Shown one piece after another: positions 7,907 through 16,453 of a stretch of DNA of 64,000 nucleotides (within the stretch, counting starts at the first letter, position 1; the number at the start of each line of letters is the position of its first letter). Where the stretch lies: IMG/VR virus record IMGVR_UViG_3300005253_000053, one strand, 5' to 3'. The stretch is from a virus (lineage: Duplodnaviria; Heunggongvirae; Uroviricota; Caudoviricetes). Below the pieces are notes generated by a model. The model saw only the letters and a program-made list of their open reading frames with translations, made no database searches and was not told where the DNA came from. Both the position numbers and the translations under genes were made by a program.

Positions 7907-8836
7907 ATGAAAGAAGTCAGCCCCCCGGCGGCAGATGTCGGCGTCCTAGTCGGCAGGTTCCAAGTCCACAAACTCCACGAAGCACACCTGGAACTGATCA
8001 GGCACGTGGTCAAGCACCACGACCGCGTGATGATCTTCCTGGGCATGTCGCCGTGCCGCGTCACGAGGAACAACCCCCTCGACTTCGACGCCCGCAAAGC
8101 GATGATCCAGGACGCCTTCCCGGACGTAAGTGTCTACTACGTCAGGGACTGCCGACCCGATGACCTGTGGTCTAAGCGCCTCGACAACATGATCTATGAG
8201 CACATCAAGCCGGGCGCGAAGGTCCTGCTGTACGGTGGGCGCGACGCGTTCATCAAGCACTACGAAGGCAAGATCCCCACGCGCGAGTTGGAGCAGGAGG
8301 TCTTCATCTCGGGCACCGCCGTGCGCAACACCATCGCCAACACCGTGCCCAAGACGACCGACTTCCGCGCCGGGGTCATCTGGGCCTCCCAGAATCAGTA
8401 CCCGCGTGCCATCCCCACCGTCGACGTGGCCGTCTGGGACGAGACCGGCGAGAAGCTCCTACTGGCCCGCAAGCCCGACGAGGATCTCTACCGCTTCATC
8501 GGCGGCTTTGCCACTGGCCCAACGTACGAGTCCGACGCGCGGCGCGAGGTCGACGAGGAAGCGCACATCGCCATCACCGATCCAGTCTACGTGGGCTCGC
8601 ATCAGGTCGACGACTGGCGCTACCGCAGCGAGGCCGACAAGATCGTCACGCTCCTATTCGAGGCCAAGCGGCTCAGCGGCAACCCACGTCCCGACGATGA
8701 CATCGCTGAACTCAAGTGGTTTGATTTCGCAACACTCCGCGACGAAATGGTCGTCCCGGAGCACCGTCCACTCCTCAAGATGCTTCAATGCAAGAGGGAG
8801 ACACACCATGAAGACGAACATCGTACTGGCGACTGA
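7907..8836 (+). CDS. nadM: Bifunctional NMN adenylyltransferase / Nudix (ADP-ribose pyrophosphatase), NadM-Nudix/NatV-like
   Basis: VGRFQ...LHEAH (HxGH-like), RNPLDF, ISGT; C-terminal GGF...ARREVDEE Nudix box. Confidence 0.9.
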   Translation: MKEVSPPAADVGVLVGRFQVHKLHEAHLELIRHVVKHHDRVMIFLGMSPCRVTRNNPLDFDARKAMIQDAFPDVSVYYVRDCRPDDLWSKRLDNMIYEHIKPGAKVLLYGGRDAFIKHYEGKIPTRELEQEVFISGTAVRNTIANTVPKTTDFRAGVIWASQNQYPRAIPTVDVAVWDETGEKLLLARKPDEDLYRFIGGFATGPTYESDARREVDEEAHIAITDPVYVGSHQVDDWRYRSEADKIVTLLFEAKRLSGNPRPDDDIAELKWFDFATLRDEMVVPEHRPLLKMLQCKRETHHEDEHRTGD

Positions 8837-10190
8837 CAGCTACAAGCTCACCCACTGGAATCAGTACCCACGCGGCACGGAGAAGGTCTACTCCTACTTC
8901 GAGGCGAGGCCCGGCGCGAAGTACCGCGACACCGTGTTCTTCGGTCTCCAGTACATCATCGCCGAGTACCTCGCAGGCCACGTCGTCACGACCCAGAAGA
9001 TCGACGAGGCCGAGGCGTTGGCAGCCCAGCACTTCGGCAATCCGAACATCTTCAACCGCGCCCGCTGGGACCACATCGTCGACCAGCACGACGGCCGCCT
9101 GCCTGTCCGCATCAAGGCGGTGCCCGAGGGCACGCCGGTCCCTGTCAACAACGTGATGATGACCATCGAGAACACGGACCCGGCCTGCTACTGGCTGACC
9201 AACCACCTGGAGACGATCCTCACGCACGTGTGGTACCCGTCCACCGTGGCCACGCAGAGCCGGGAGGCCAAGCGGATCTGCAAGAGGTACCTCGAAGAGA
9301 CTGCCGAGTCCGCTGGCGGCCTGGACTTCATGCTGCACGACTTCGGCTACCGTGGCGTGTCGTCGGTGGAGTCGGCTGGCCTCGGCGGCGCTGGTCACCT
9401 CGTCAACTTCCACGGCACTGACACCATCGCGGCGATGGAACTGCTGCGTCAGTACTACGATGCCGACGTACCCGCGTTCAGCGTACCGGCCACCGAACAC
9501 AGCGTGATGACCGCGCACGGTGCAGACGGTGAGAACTGGGTGCTGTCGCAACTGCTCGATGCCTACCCTACCGGCATCCTGTCCATCGTGATCGACTCGT
9601 ACGACTACCGGAAGTTCATCAAGATGGCAGGCACGACGTTCAAGGATCGCATCCTTGCCCGCGACGGCAAGGTCGTCTTCCGTCCCGACAGCGGAGATCC
9701 GTGCGAGGTGACACTGGAGGTCCTGGAACTGCTGGGCGAGTACTTCGGGTCAGCCGACGGTAAGCCCGGCTACAAGATCCTGCACCCCCAGGTCGGCGTG
9801 ATCTGGGGCGATGGCATCGATCTCGAAGACATGGAGCGCATCCTGGCCGACATCACCTACGCGGGTTGGAGCGCCGAGAACATGGTGTTCGGCATGGGCG
9901 GCGGCCTGCTCCAGAAAGTCAACCGCGACATCCAGCGCTTCGCGTTCAAGAGCAGCTACCAGGAGCGCGGCGGCGAAGGCCACGACATCTTCAAGGAGCC
10001 CATCGACAAGACCAAGACCAGCAAGAAGGGCCGACTGAAGCTGGTGCGCCTCGAAGGCGCGCACGGCTCCACGCTGACCACCGTCGGCATCGATGATCCA
10101 CGCGAGGACCTGCTGGAGACGGTCTTCGAGGGCGGTCAGGTCCTGAAACGTTACAGCCTGGACGAGATCCGCGCGAGAGCAGCACTGTAA
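8808..10190 (+). CDS. nadV: Nicotinamide phosphoribosyltransferase (NAMPT)
   Basis: TDSYKLTHWNQYP, LHDFGYRG, SVPATEHS, SIVIDSYD, VFRPDSG, WGDGI, FGMGGGLLQ, KTSKKG. Confidence 0.95.
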   Translation: MKTNIVLATDSYKLTHWNQYPRGTEKVYSYFEARPGAKYRDTVFFGLQYIIAEYLAGHVVTTQKIDEAEALAAQHFGNPNIFNRARWDHIVDQHDGRLPVRIKAVPEGTPVPVNNVMMTIENTDPACYWLTNHLETILTHVWYPSTVATQSREAKRICKRYLEETAESAGGLDFMLHDFGYRGVSSVESAGLGGAGHLVNFHGTDTIAAMELLRQYYDADVPAFSVPATEHSVMTAHGADGENWVLSQLLDAYPTGILSIVIDSYDYRKFIKMAGTTFKDRILARDGKVVFRPDSGDPCEVTLEVLELLGEYFGSADGKPGYKILHPQVGVIWGDGIDLEDMERILADITYAGWSAENMVFGMGGGLLQKVNRDIQRFAFKSSYQERGGEGHDIFKEPIDKTKTSKKGRLKLVRLEGAHGSTLTTVGIDDPREDLLETVFEGGQVLKRYSLDEIRARAAL

Positions 10191-10198
10191 CACCCAGA

Positions 10199-10239
10199 AG
10201 CAGCCCCGGATGCACGTTATTGGCCCGGGGTTGCTTTTT
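10199..10239 (+). terminator. Intrinsic terminator after nadV
   Basis: Stem agcagccccgg / ccggggttgct followed by a T run. Confidence 0.7.
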
Positions 10240-10247
10240 ACCTGCCC

Positions 10248-10269
10248 GAATAGCCATCCCGATCCGATG
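10248..10269 (+). promoter_or_regulatory. Promoter-like motif copy 4 (GAATAGCCATCCCGATCCGATG)
   Basis: Consensus match right after terminator. Confidence 0.7.
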
Positions 10270-10289
10270 ATATGGGTGGAGACAAGCAG

Positions 10290-10742
10290 ATGCACAAGAA
10301 CTACCTGGAGATCGACCCGCGCGGCGGGCCAACCAACGTACCTGCCGGTCAGGTCTTTGGTGGCGTGCGCTTCACGTTACTGAAGGGAGCCACAGAACAG
10401 CGAGTGGAAGTCAACTCGCTGTTCTGTGGACCGGCAGTGATCAGCAGGATCAACTTGGACCCGCACGGCGCGACCTCGGCGGTGGTCTACCAGCTTGTTC
10501 ACGATGGCCAGATCACATGCGTCTGGCACCAAAGACACCTTGGGCCAGCCCTCCAGATCTTTGACCGGCGCTACGACATCTCCCGGGACCGCGAGGCCGA
10601 ACGGCGTGGCGAGAACCTGAAGGAGTTCGGCGAGCAGTCGGCCCGGGCACTGGTGGGCATGACCAGGGCCGACCGGATGAGCATCATGCACCGAGCTATG
10701 GTGCCCGGTGCAGGCGAGGAGGCGTGGACATGGGTCAAGTAA
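10290..10742 (+). CDS. Hypothetical protein (MHKNYLEID...)
   Basis: GGTGGAG RBS. Confidence 0.65.
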   Translation: MHKNYLEIDPRGGPTNVPAGQVFGGVRFTLLKGATEQRVEVNSLFCGPAVISRINLDPHGATSAVVYQLVHDGQITCVWHQRHLGPALQIFDRRYDISRDREAERRGENLKEFGEQSARALVGMTRADRMSIMHRAMVPGAGEEAWTWVK

Positions 10743-10948
10743 AGAAGGTAACCTTGGAACTCGACGTGGAACTGACCGAGGAGCAGCTTCAGAAGATCTT
10801 GATCGCCTGCGCGCAGACCATCGCAGAGAAGCTGGGCGAGGGTCACGACGTACAGGTGATACAGAATCCTGTTGCGTTCCCCACTATGACTGGCCTGTCC
10901 CACATCGTCATGGAGCACAGCATCGTGGCGGTCGACCTGGAGAGGTAA
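10730..10948 (+). CDS. Hypothetical protein
   Basis: GAGGAGG RBS. Confidence 0.65.
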   Translation: MGQVKKVTLELDVELTEEQLQKILIACAQTIAEKLGEGHDVQVIQNPVAFPTMTGLSHIVMEHSIVAVDLER

Positions 10949-10950
10949 CA

Positions 10951-11568
10951 GTGGAATACTACGAGTCACATTGCCCTGACTGTAACGCGACCTACCGTTG
11001 GGTTGGCTACAAGACTGGCATCGGCAAGACGCCCGAGCAGCTTGCTGCTATGAATCGCCTGCACACTACCTGCGAGAGATGCGGCAGCACGAACCTGAAG
11101 ACTGGGCTCGACCACGGCAGCCCGGAAGCGCAGGCGTACGACTCGGCGTTGAAAGGCACGATCAGCAGAATGCTACAGCCCACCCAGGAGGTGCGGACAG
11201 TCAAGACGACCGAGACCAAGCTCAGTGACGATGTGTGCCTGACTTGCCTTTTCTCCCACATGGAGCAGGTGTCTGTTGAGGATGGGAAGCTGAAAGTCCT
11301 TGGTCGGCTCGGCTATCCACCCGTTCTCAAGGGCTCTGTGGAGGCTGACTTTAAGATCGAGGTGGAACCTGAGACGGGCCATTTACGGGCACTCGTGGCT
11401 GGCCCGATCCGAACGGATTCTCATCCCATCAAGTACCGTGTGGACGTGGCTGAATTGGGGATGAGAGTGCACTGGATTGGAGATGCAAAAAGACGATGGC
11501 TAATGAGACGGACTGGGAAGAAACGTTGGAGGAACTTTGATGGCGGTGACCCCCCTTCGAGAACATAG
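10951..11568 (+). CDS. Zn-ribbon protein (CPDC...CERCGS)
   Basis: GTG at 10951 after GGAGAGG. Confidence 0.6.
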   Translation: MEYYESHCPDCNATYRWVGYKTGIGKTPEQLAAMNRLHTTCERCGSTNLKTGLDHGSPEAQAYDSALKGTISRMLQPTQEVRTVKTTETKLSDDVCLTCLFSHMEQVSVEDGKLKVLGRLGYPPVLKGSVEADFKIEVEPETGHLRALVAGPIRTDSHPIKYRVDVAELGMRVHWIGDAKRRWLMRRTGKKRWRNFDGGDPPSRT

Positions 11569-11616
11569 GCCCCCTCGGCGTCAATGACCACGATGTGAAG
11601 TACGGAGACAACCAAG

Positions 11617-11835
11617 ATGACACTCAACGGTGAAGCGCGAGGGATCGCAGATCTGCATCGCTGCCAGATCCAGGGCTACCTCAAGGCGGTCAAGGCTACG
11701 CTGTACTCGCTGGAGGAAGACTGCTCGCTGTTCAAGCATATGCCCAAGACGCACATTCAGATCGGTAACCTGCTCTCCCAACTTGGACACGTCATGGCTG
11801 AGTGTGACGACGAGTTCTTGACGCAGGCACGCTGA
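11617..11835 (+). CDS. Hypothetical protein
   Basis: GGAG RBS. Confidence 0.6.
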   Translation: MTLNGEARGIADLHRCQIQGYLKAVKATLYSLEEDCSLFKHMPKTHIQIGNLLSQLGHVMAECDDEFLTQAR

Positions 11836-12128
11836 TGGTCCCCCCGATCCATCTCAACGACTCCGGCCCACGCGTCGCCCACTGGATCTTCTGTCCACGC
11901 TGTGGGTGGCAGACGCCCAAGCCCAACAGCGCCTGCGCCAATACCTGTTGCGGTAATGACCTCCACTACGCTGACCTGAGTCAGGCTGACCTCGACGAGA
12001 TGGAGCGCGACGGCCTCACCGTCAAGGAGTTGGTCGACCGCTACTGGCAGAAGAGACGGGACGCTCAGCCGAAGCCTAAGAAGTTGCCGGACGAGGACCC
12101 GTACGACTGGAAGCCGCCGGAGGAGTAG
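11835..12128 (+). CDS. Zn-finger hypothetical (CPRCG...CANTCC)
   Basis: TGATG coupling. Confidence 0.6.
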   Translation: MVPPIHLNDSGPRVAHWIFCPRCGWQTPKPNSACANTCCGNDLHYADLSQADLDEMERDGLTVKELVDRYWQKRRDAQPKPKKLPDEDPYDWKPPEE

Positions 12129-12129
12129 G

Positions 12130-12333
12130 ATGAGCGAGTTGATCACGTTCTCCGAGGAACTGATCCCCCAGGTCGTCAGGATCATGCGGATGGGGATCGT
12201 CGTGGCCATGAAGCGAGAGGACAAGAGAGGCAACCGCGAAGAGCGTGCCCTTGTGAAACGTGCTGCGGTGGCGCTGGAAGAGCAGTGCGTCTCGCTTATG
12301 GAGTACTGGGACCAGATGCAGAGCGAGGACTGA
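12130..12333 (+). CDS. Hypothetical protein
   Basis: GGAGGAG RBS. Confidence 0.6.
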   Translation: MSELITFSEELIPQVVRIMRMGIVVAMKREDKRGNREERALVKRAAVALEEQCVSLMEYWDQMQSED

Positions 12334-12335
12334 CT

Positions 12336-12686
12336 GTGGGCGAAGCAAGGTCGTTGGTTCCCGGCAAGCCCCTCATCTGCCAAGTGTGCGAGAAGAACGA
12401 GGCCAAAGGCGTCTGCTGCGTGCCCAGCGTCCCATACTCGGCAGCGTACTGTCAGGAGTGTCTGAACGCCAATGCACACCCCTGGTTTATCATCGTGGCC
12501 AACACAGCCTGCGTGGGCAGCTACGAGGACTGCGCCCCGTGGTGGAAAGAGATGGTCGAGGATACCTGCAAGCACCTGGGCAAGACTCTGGAAGAGTTCA
12601 AGGCCGAGGTTCTCAAGGACGTCGAGGATATGGAGCGGAGTCTGCTGGAGCAACTGGGAGATCCGGATAACGGACAGGAGGACTGA
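12336..12686 (+). CDS. Zn-finger hypothetical (CQVC...CQEC)
   Basis: GTG start after GAGGA. Confidence 0.6.
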   Translation: MGEARSLVPGKPLICQVCEKNEAKGVCCVPSVPYSAAYCQECLNANAHPWFIIVANTACVGSYEDCAPWWKEMVEDTCKHLGKTLEEFKAEVLKDVEDMERSLLEQLGDPDNGQED

Positions 12687-12721
12687 CACGTGTACGACTA
12701 CGCAGATTTTCGTCCGGCCGC

Positions 12722-13153
12722 CTAAGCACCGTACTTCTCTCGTACGGTCTCCGCATACTTGGGCACCACAGCCACCGGGATCTGCTCGAAGCCTGCGTCA
12801 CGCAGCACAGCGAAGCGGTGGCGACCGTTGGTGAATCCGGGCAGGCCGGACTCGTACGGCCCAATCTCGGGCATGATGATCGGCACGTCCGGGTTGTCGT
12901 GGAACCACTGCTGGAACTTCTCATACCTGTTGCTGATCGTAGGCCCGGTGCCGCCGGGGCCTACGTAGTCCGACGACTGCGCCCAGGCCGCGTCGAACTT
13001 GGCCACGTCCACTACGACCTCAACATCGGTACCGGCACGTTCAGGTTTGACGAACAGACGACCGCCAACATTGAACTTCTTGTGAGGAGAACTCTCCGGA
13101 GGCCGCTCCGCTGCCTCGGTCAGGATGTGGCGTATGGCTCGGCGCGCGTCCAT
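12722..13153 (-). CDS. Leader-family protein with ParB/Srx-like domain
   Basis: MDARRAIRHILTEA leader; PIIMP...NGRHRFAVLRDAG..QIPVAV. Confidence 0.75.
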   Translation of the reverse strand: MDARRAIRHILTEAAERPPESSPHKKFNVGGRLFVKPERAGTDVEVVVDVAKFDAAWAQSSDYVGPGGTGPTISNRYEKFQQWFHDNPDVPIIMPEIGPYESGLPGFTNGRHRFAVLRDAGFEQIPVAVVPKYAETVREKYGA

Positions 13154-14145
13154 CAGTCACCTGCCTGACGCTGACGTTCCCGGCGGGCGAACAGCTTAGT
13201 CTTCTCTTTCTCCGCACGGCGTACAGACACAATCTTCACACTGGCATACTTGGTGCGTAGTTGATTGATCGCTTCGTGCCACCTGTCCACGCTTTTCATC
13301 ACGTCGGTCCAGGTGTCGAAGGCGTAGCCTCGCTTACCCAAAAACGGAAACTCCCCTGTCTTCTTCCAGTGCGGGTAAGCATCCATGTACTTCTGCTCAG
13401 GGCTGATCACCCAGATATCACTGGACTCCGGAACTTTAAGGGCACCGGACTTCACTGCCCACTCGACCTCGGCAGAGTACAACGCGCCCATGTTCTTCAC
13501 GCCCTGATGAAACCACTTCTTCCATTCGGAAGCGTCTGGGAAGTCCGGCTGGTCGTAGTCCAGGTGGCTCGTAATTGCTCTTCGGTATGGGTCGTCTGAG
13601 TTGTGCTCTTCATCCAGGAACTGCAAGAACAGCCTGACCATATCGTCGACGCTGTTTATCCTGCGCCCTGATCTCGCGATCCAGTGGCCAAAACTCTGTA
13701 GTGGCCCGCTGTACTGGAATCCGTAGTGTTGCTGCGCCGCCCCGAAATCTCTGAGCGCTTTCAGGACGTAACTTCCCATCTTCGTAAGGATCTGCTGTGG
13801 GTCTCCGGGACTGTTGAACAGACGGCCGAGGGCTTCCATGTTGTTGGCCATGAGGTACGCTGGATCGTCGTACCGGATCATCGATACGTCGTTGAGGGCG
13901 GCCACGTCATCGCCGGGCATGCGGATCAGGAGTTCGCGGAGTTGTCCCCAGTCCATGATCATGTCCTGAATGGACGTGGCCCCGATACCCTTCAGCCCTT
14001 CGAGGCGACCGCTCATCAGATTAGCGAGCATCTCGTCATAGTTATAGGACCCGAAGTCCAGCGCGAGGTAGAAGTATTGAGGCACGGCAGCGTCGGCTGC
14101 CTCGGTCAGCATGATGCGGCGCATGGCTGTGCGGGTGGGGTCCAT
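13153..14145 (-). CDS. Leader-family hypothetical protein
   Basis: MDPTRTAMRRIMLTEA; TGATG coupling. Confidence 0.8.
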   Translation of the reverse strand: MDPTRTAMRRIMLTEAADAAVPQYFYLALDFGSYNYDEMLANLMSGRLEGLKGIGATSIQDMIMDWGQLRELLIRMPGDDVAALNDVSMIRYDDPAYLMANNMEALGRLFNSPGDPQQILTKMGSYVLKALRDFGAAQQHYGFQYSGPLQSFGHWIARSGRRINSVDDMVRLFLQFLDEEHNSDDPYRRAITSHLDYDQPDFPDASEWKKWFHQGVKNMGALYSAEVEWAVKSGALKVPESSDIWVISPEQKYMDAYPHWKKTGEFPFLGKRGYAFDTWTDVMKSVDRWHEAINQLRTKYASVKIVSVRRAEKEKTKLFARRERQRQAGD

Positions 14146-14768
14146 CAGTAGTAGCTCGGGTTGTAGGGCCGGTCCTCGCCGTACTGCTCGACCAGGGCAC
14201 GCAGGCTGTCGTCCAAATGCTCGACGGCCTCGCGATACTTGCTGTTGTTGAGTGGGTAGTACAGGGTGCCTGTCCGCTCGTAGACTACGAGAATCCCCAA
14301 CGTCGCCTCGGCCAGCTTGATGACCACGTCGTAGCAGGCGTCAGCCGCCGCGCGGTACAGCGGGTCCTCCACCTGGAGCGAGCCCTTCATCCTGGTGGCG
14401 CGCTTGCGTAGCCGTGTCGCGGCCTTCTGCATCGACTCCAACGACTCGTCCTTGTACTTGCTGACCTCCAGGTGCTCGCGGTACACGTCGCGTACATACT
14501 CTTCGTTGACGTGGCGGATGATGCCCATCTCTTCGTTGATGTGGCCGACCTCGATGCGGAGCGGGCTGGCCTTCGCATAGACCGCAGAGCCCAGCGAGCC
14601 CAGGATGCAGTGGACCGCCTCGGCGATGCGCTGGAGGCCAATCTCGTACTCGGTGTATGCCTGGAACCAGCCGCCTTCTGGCAGGCCGCCGTAGATCGTG
14701 CCAAGGGCGCAGTGGTCAGGCGCAGCTTCGGTCAGCATCTGGCGTATGACGTGGCGTGTCTGGTCCAT
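14145..14768 (-). CDS. Leader-family hypothetical protein
   Basis: MDQTRHVIRQMLTEA; start trimmed from 14867. Confidence 0.75.
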   Translation of the reverse strand: MDQTRHVIRQMLTEAAPDHCALGTIYGGLPEGGWFQAYTEYEIGLQRIAEAVHCILGSLGSAVYAKASPLRIEVGHINEEMGIIRHVNEEYVRDVYREHLEVSKYKDESLESMQKAATRLRKRATRMKGSLQVEDPLYRAAADACYDVVIKLAEATLGILVVYERTGTLYYPLNNSKYREAVEHLDDSLRALVEQYGEDRPYNPSYY

Positions 14769-14772
14769 CGCG

Positions 14773-16449
14773 TTACTCGAACAGGTGGATCTCTTTCGGA
14801 TTGAACTCAGCTTCAAGGACTCCCTGAAGTTTGCCGGTCCACTTGTACTGACCGGGGTTGACAACACTGAGCCTGCCGGTGTCGCCCTCGAAGTGGCCTT
14901 TCCAACGGCTATCGACAGGAGGGTCCAAGTAGTCCCAGACTAGGTTGTGCGACCACGTGGGCAGTTCACCGTGCTCCTGAAAATACTCTTCCATGGCTTC
15001 GTCGTCTTCCAGGTCGAAGTCAACCAAGTCTTCCATGATCTGTTGATGGCGCTCGACTTGACCGTGATTCAGCACCCATATCTCATGTGTTCTTGGGTCT
15101 GTATAATCCATCTCGAACTCGTCGCCAGGATCGACATGGTACGCCTCGTTGCCATGCCCAAGCTCGAAGTAGAATATCGCTGTACTTTCGTCACCAACCG
15201 TGTGCGGGACGACAGGAGACTCGGTCAGCAGGATACCGCGCATGATCTGCCGCATCGAGTCCGCCACGTGCCGCTCGCGTCCGCGCTGTCCGTAGGCGGG
15301 CTCCCCGAACTCGTCCGGCCACGGCGTGTCTTTGTACGACTGAAACTGTGGATCATCCAAGAACGTGCCAAGGTGTTTCCACCGCAGACGCAGGAGTTCC
15401 TCAGGAAGAAGCTCGTGCGTTCGGCTTTGGTTAAGCGGCCACGGGTTGGTGGGCCTTTCCTCGTCTCCCGGCATGAGGTCGCGTACGCTGCCGGGCTTGA
15501 CGACGAACGTCGGTCCCACGCGCTCGATGTACTGCCTCCAGAACTCGGGGTCCGGCTTGCCGTAGAGTACCGTGTAGCGCTGGTACATGTCCGCGCCGGT
15601 CCTGGGCATCTGTCTCCAGTGCCATGCGTTGTCGTTCTGGACCGCCCAGAGGATCTTGTTGGCTCCCCGAAAGCCCACGTCCTGGTCAAGCCGGATGTTG
15701 CTGGCCCCAAACATCGCGCCTTTTGTATGCTTGGCGATCTGACCGCGCACGGCCCGGAGCAGCTTCTCGTGCGCCTCGCGGACGATTGGCGTCGTCTTGG
15801 CTGTCCCACTCCAAGGATCGGTTGCCTTCTCTTCAATCGCCGCGCGCATCCAAGCTCGGATCATTTCCTTGTATGGGCGGAAGAGTCTCAGGGCGAACTC
15901 GCCGGGCATGCGCCGTTCGAGCTTCTCGTTCAAGAACCCGATGAAGTCCTCGAAGCTCGGCATCATGGCCCCGTCTACCTTGTCGTACCACTCCTTGTCC
16001 CAGTGCGCTGCCCCGGTCGCCTTCCGGTAGCTCTCCCAGTCAAGACTGTCAAGCGCGATCAGGATGGCCTGGGCCGTGTCCGACGAGGGGATGTTCTGGC
16101 CCACTCGGCGCATGAAGAGCGTGAGAGGGATGCTGGCCGAAAGCTGGTCTTCGTCGAACAGCGCGGTCCGCGTCTCGACCTGGAGGCCGAACACGACCGG
16201 CGCGCCGCCGAACTTCTCGGCTGCCTTTCTGGCTTCGCTCTCTGCCGTCATCGCGTTCTGTGTAGCATAGATGCCTCCGTACGAGGCGATGGTGCCGCGC
16301 TCGGGATCGTACTGGCGCTGCTCGGGAGGAATGTCGGCACGCAGGCCCTCCTTGAAGACCAGACGGGCGCGGCCTGAAGACGTTCCGTGATAGTAGATCT
16401 CGCGGGCTTCGGTGAGCATCCTACGTATGGCTTGTCGGGCTGCGTCCAT
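14773..16449 (-). CDS. Leader-family multidomain protein: N-terminal ADP-ribosyltransferase-like domain, internal second leader, shared C-terminal domain
   Basis: MDAARQAIRRMLTEA; YYHGT...GGIYAT...PVVFGLQV...DED; internal MRQIMRGILLTES. Confidence 0.75.
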   Translation of the reverse strand: MDAARQAIRRMLTEAREIYYHGTSSGRARLVFKEGLRADIPPEQRQYDPERGTIASYGGIYATQNAMTAESEARKAAEKFGGAPVVFGLQVETRTALFDEDQLSASIPLTLFMRRVGQNIPSSDTAQAILIALDSLDWESYRKATGAAHWDKEWYDKVDGAMMPSFEDFIGFLNEKLERRMPGEFALRLFRPYKEMIRAWMRAAIEEKATDPWSGTAKTTPIVREAHEKLLRAVRGQIAKHTKGAMFGASNIRLDQDVGFRGANKILWAVQNDNAWHWRQMPRTGADMYQRYTVLYGKPDPEFWRQYIERVGPTFVVKPGSVRDLMPGDEERPTNPWPLNQSRTHELLPEELLRLRWKHLGTFLDDPQFQSYKDTPWPDEFGEPAYGQRGRERHVADSMRQIMRGILLTESPVVPHTVGDESTAIFYFELGHGNEAYHVDPGDEFEMDYTDPRTHEIWVLNHGQVERHQQIMEDLVDFDLEDDEAMEEYFQEHGELPTWSHNLVWDYLDPPVDSRWKGHFEGDTGRLSVVNPGQYKWTGKLQGVLEAEFNPKEIHLFE

Positions 16450-16453
16450 TGCG

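Noticed and set aside
8196-8807. 204-aa N-terminal extension of NAMPT in the ORF track
   Set aside because: Lies inside the NMNAT-Nudix gene in another frame; the real start is MKTNIV at 8808 with GAGGGAG RBS.
14947-16377. Long plus-strand ORF (476 aa) and similar antisense ORFs (e.g. 8775..9551, 16733..17818, 29895..30749, 54502..55419, 59606..60163)
   Set aside because: Shadow frames of GC3-biased genes on the opposite strand; no RBS or motifs, and V/L/R/H-rich composition typical of antisense reads.
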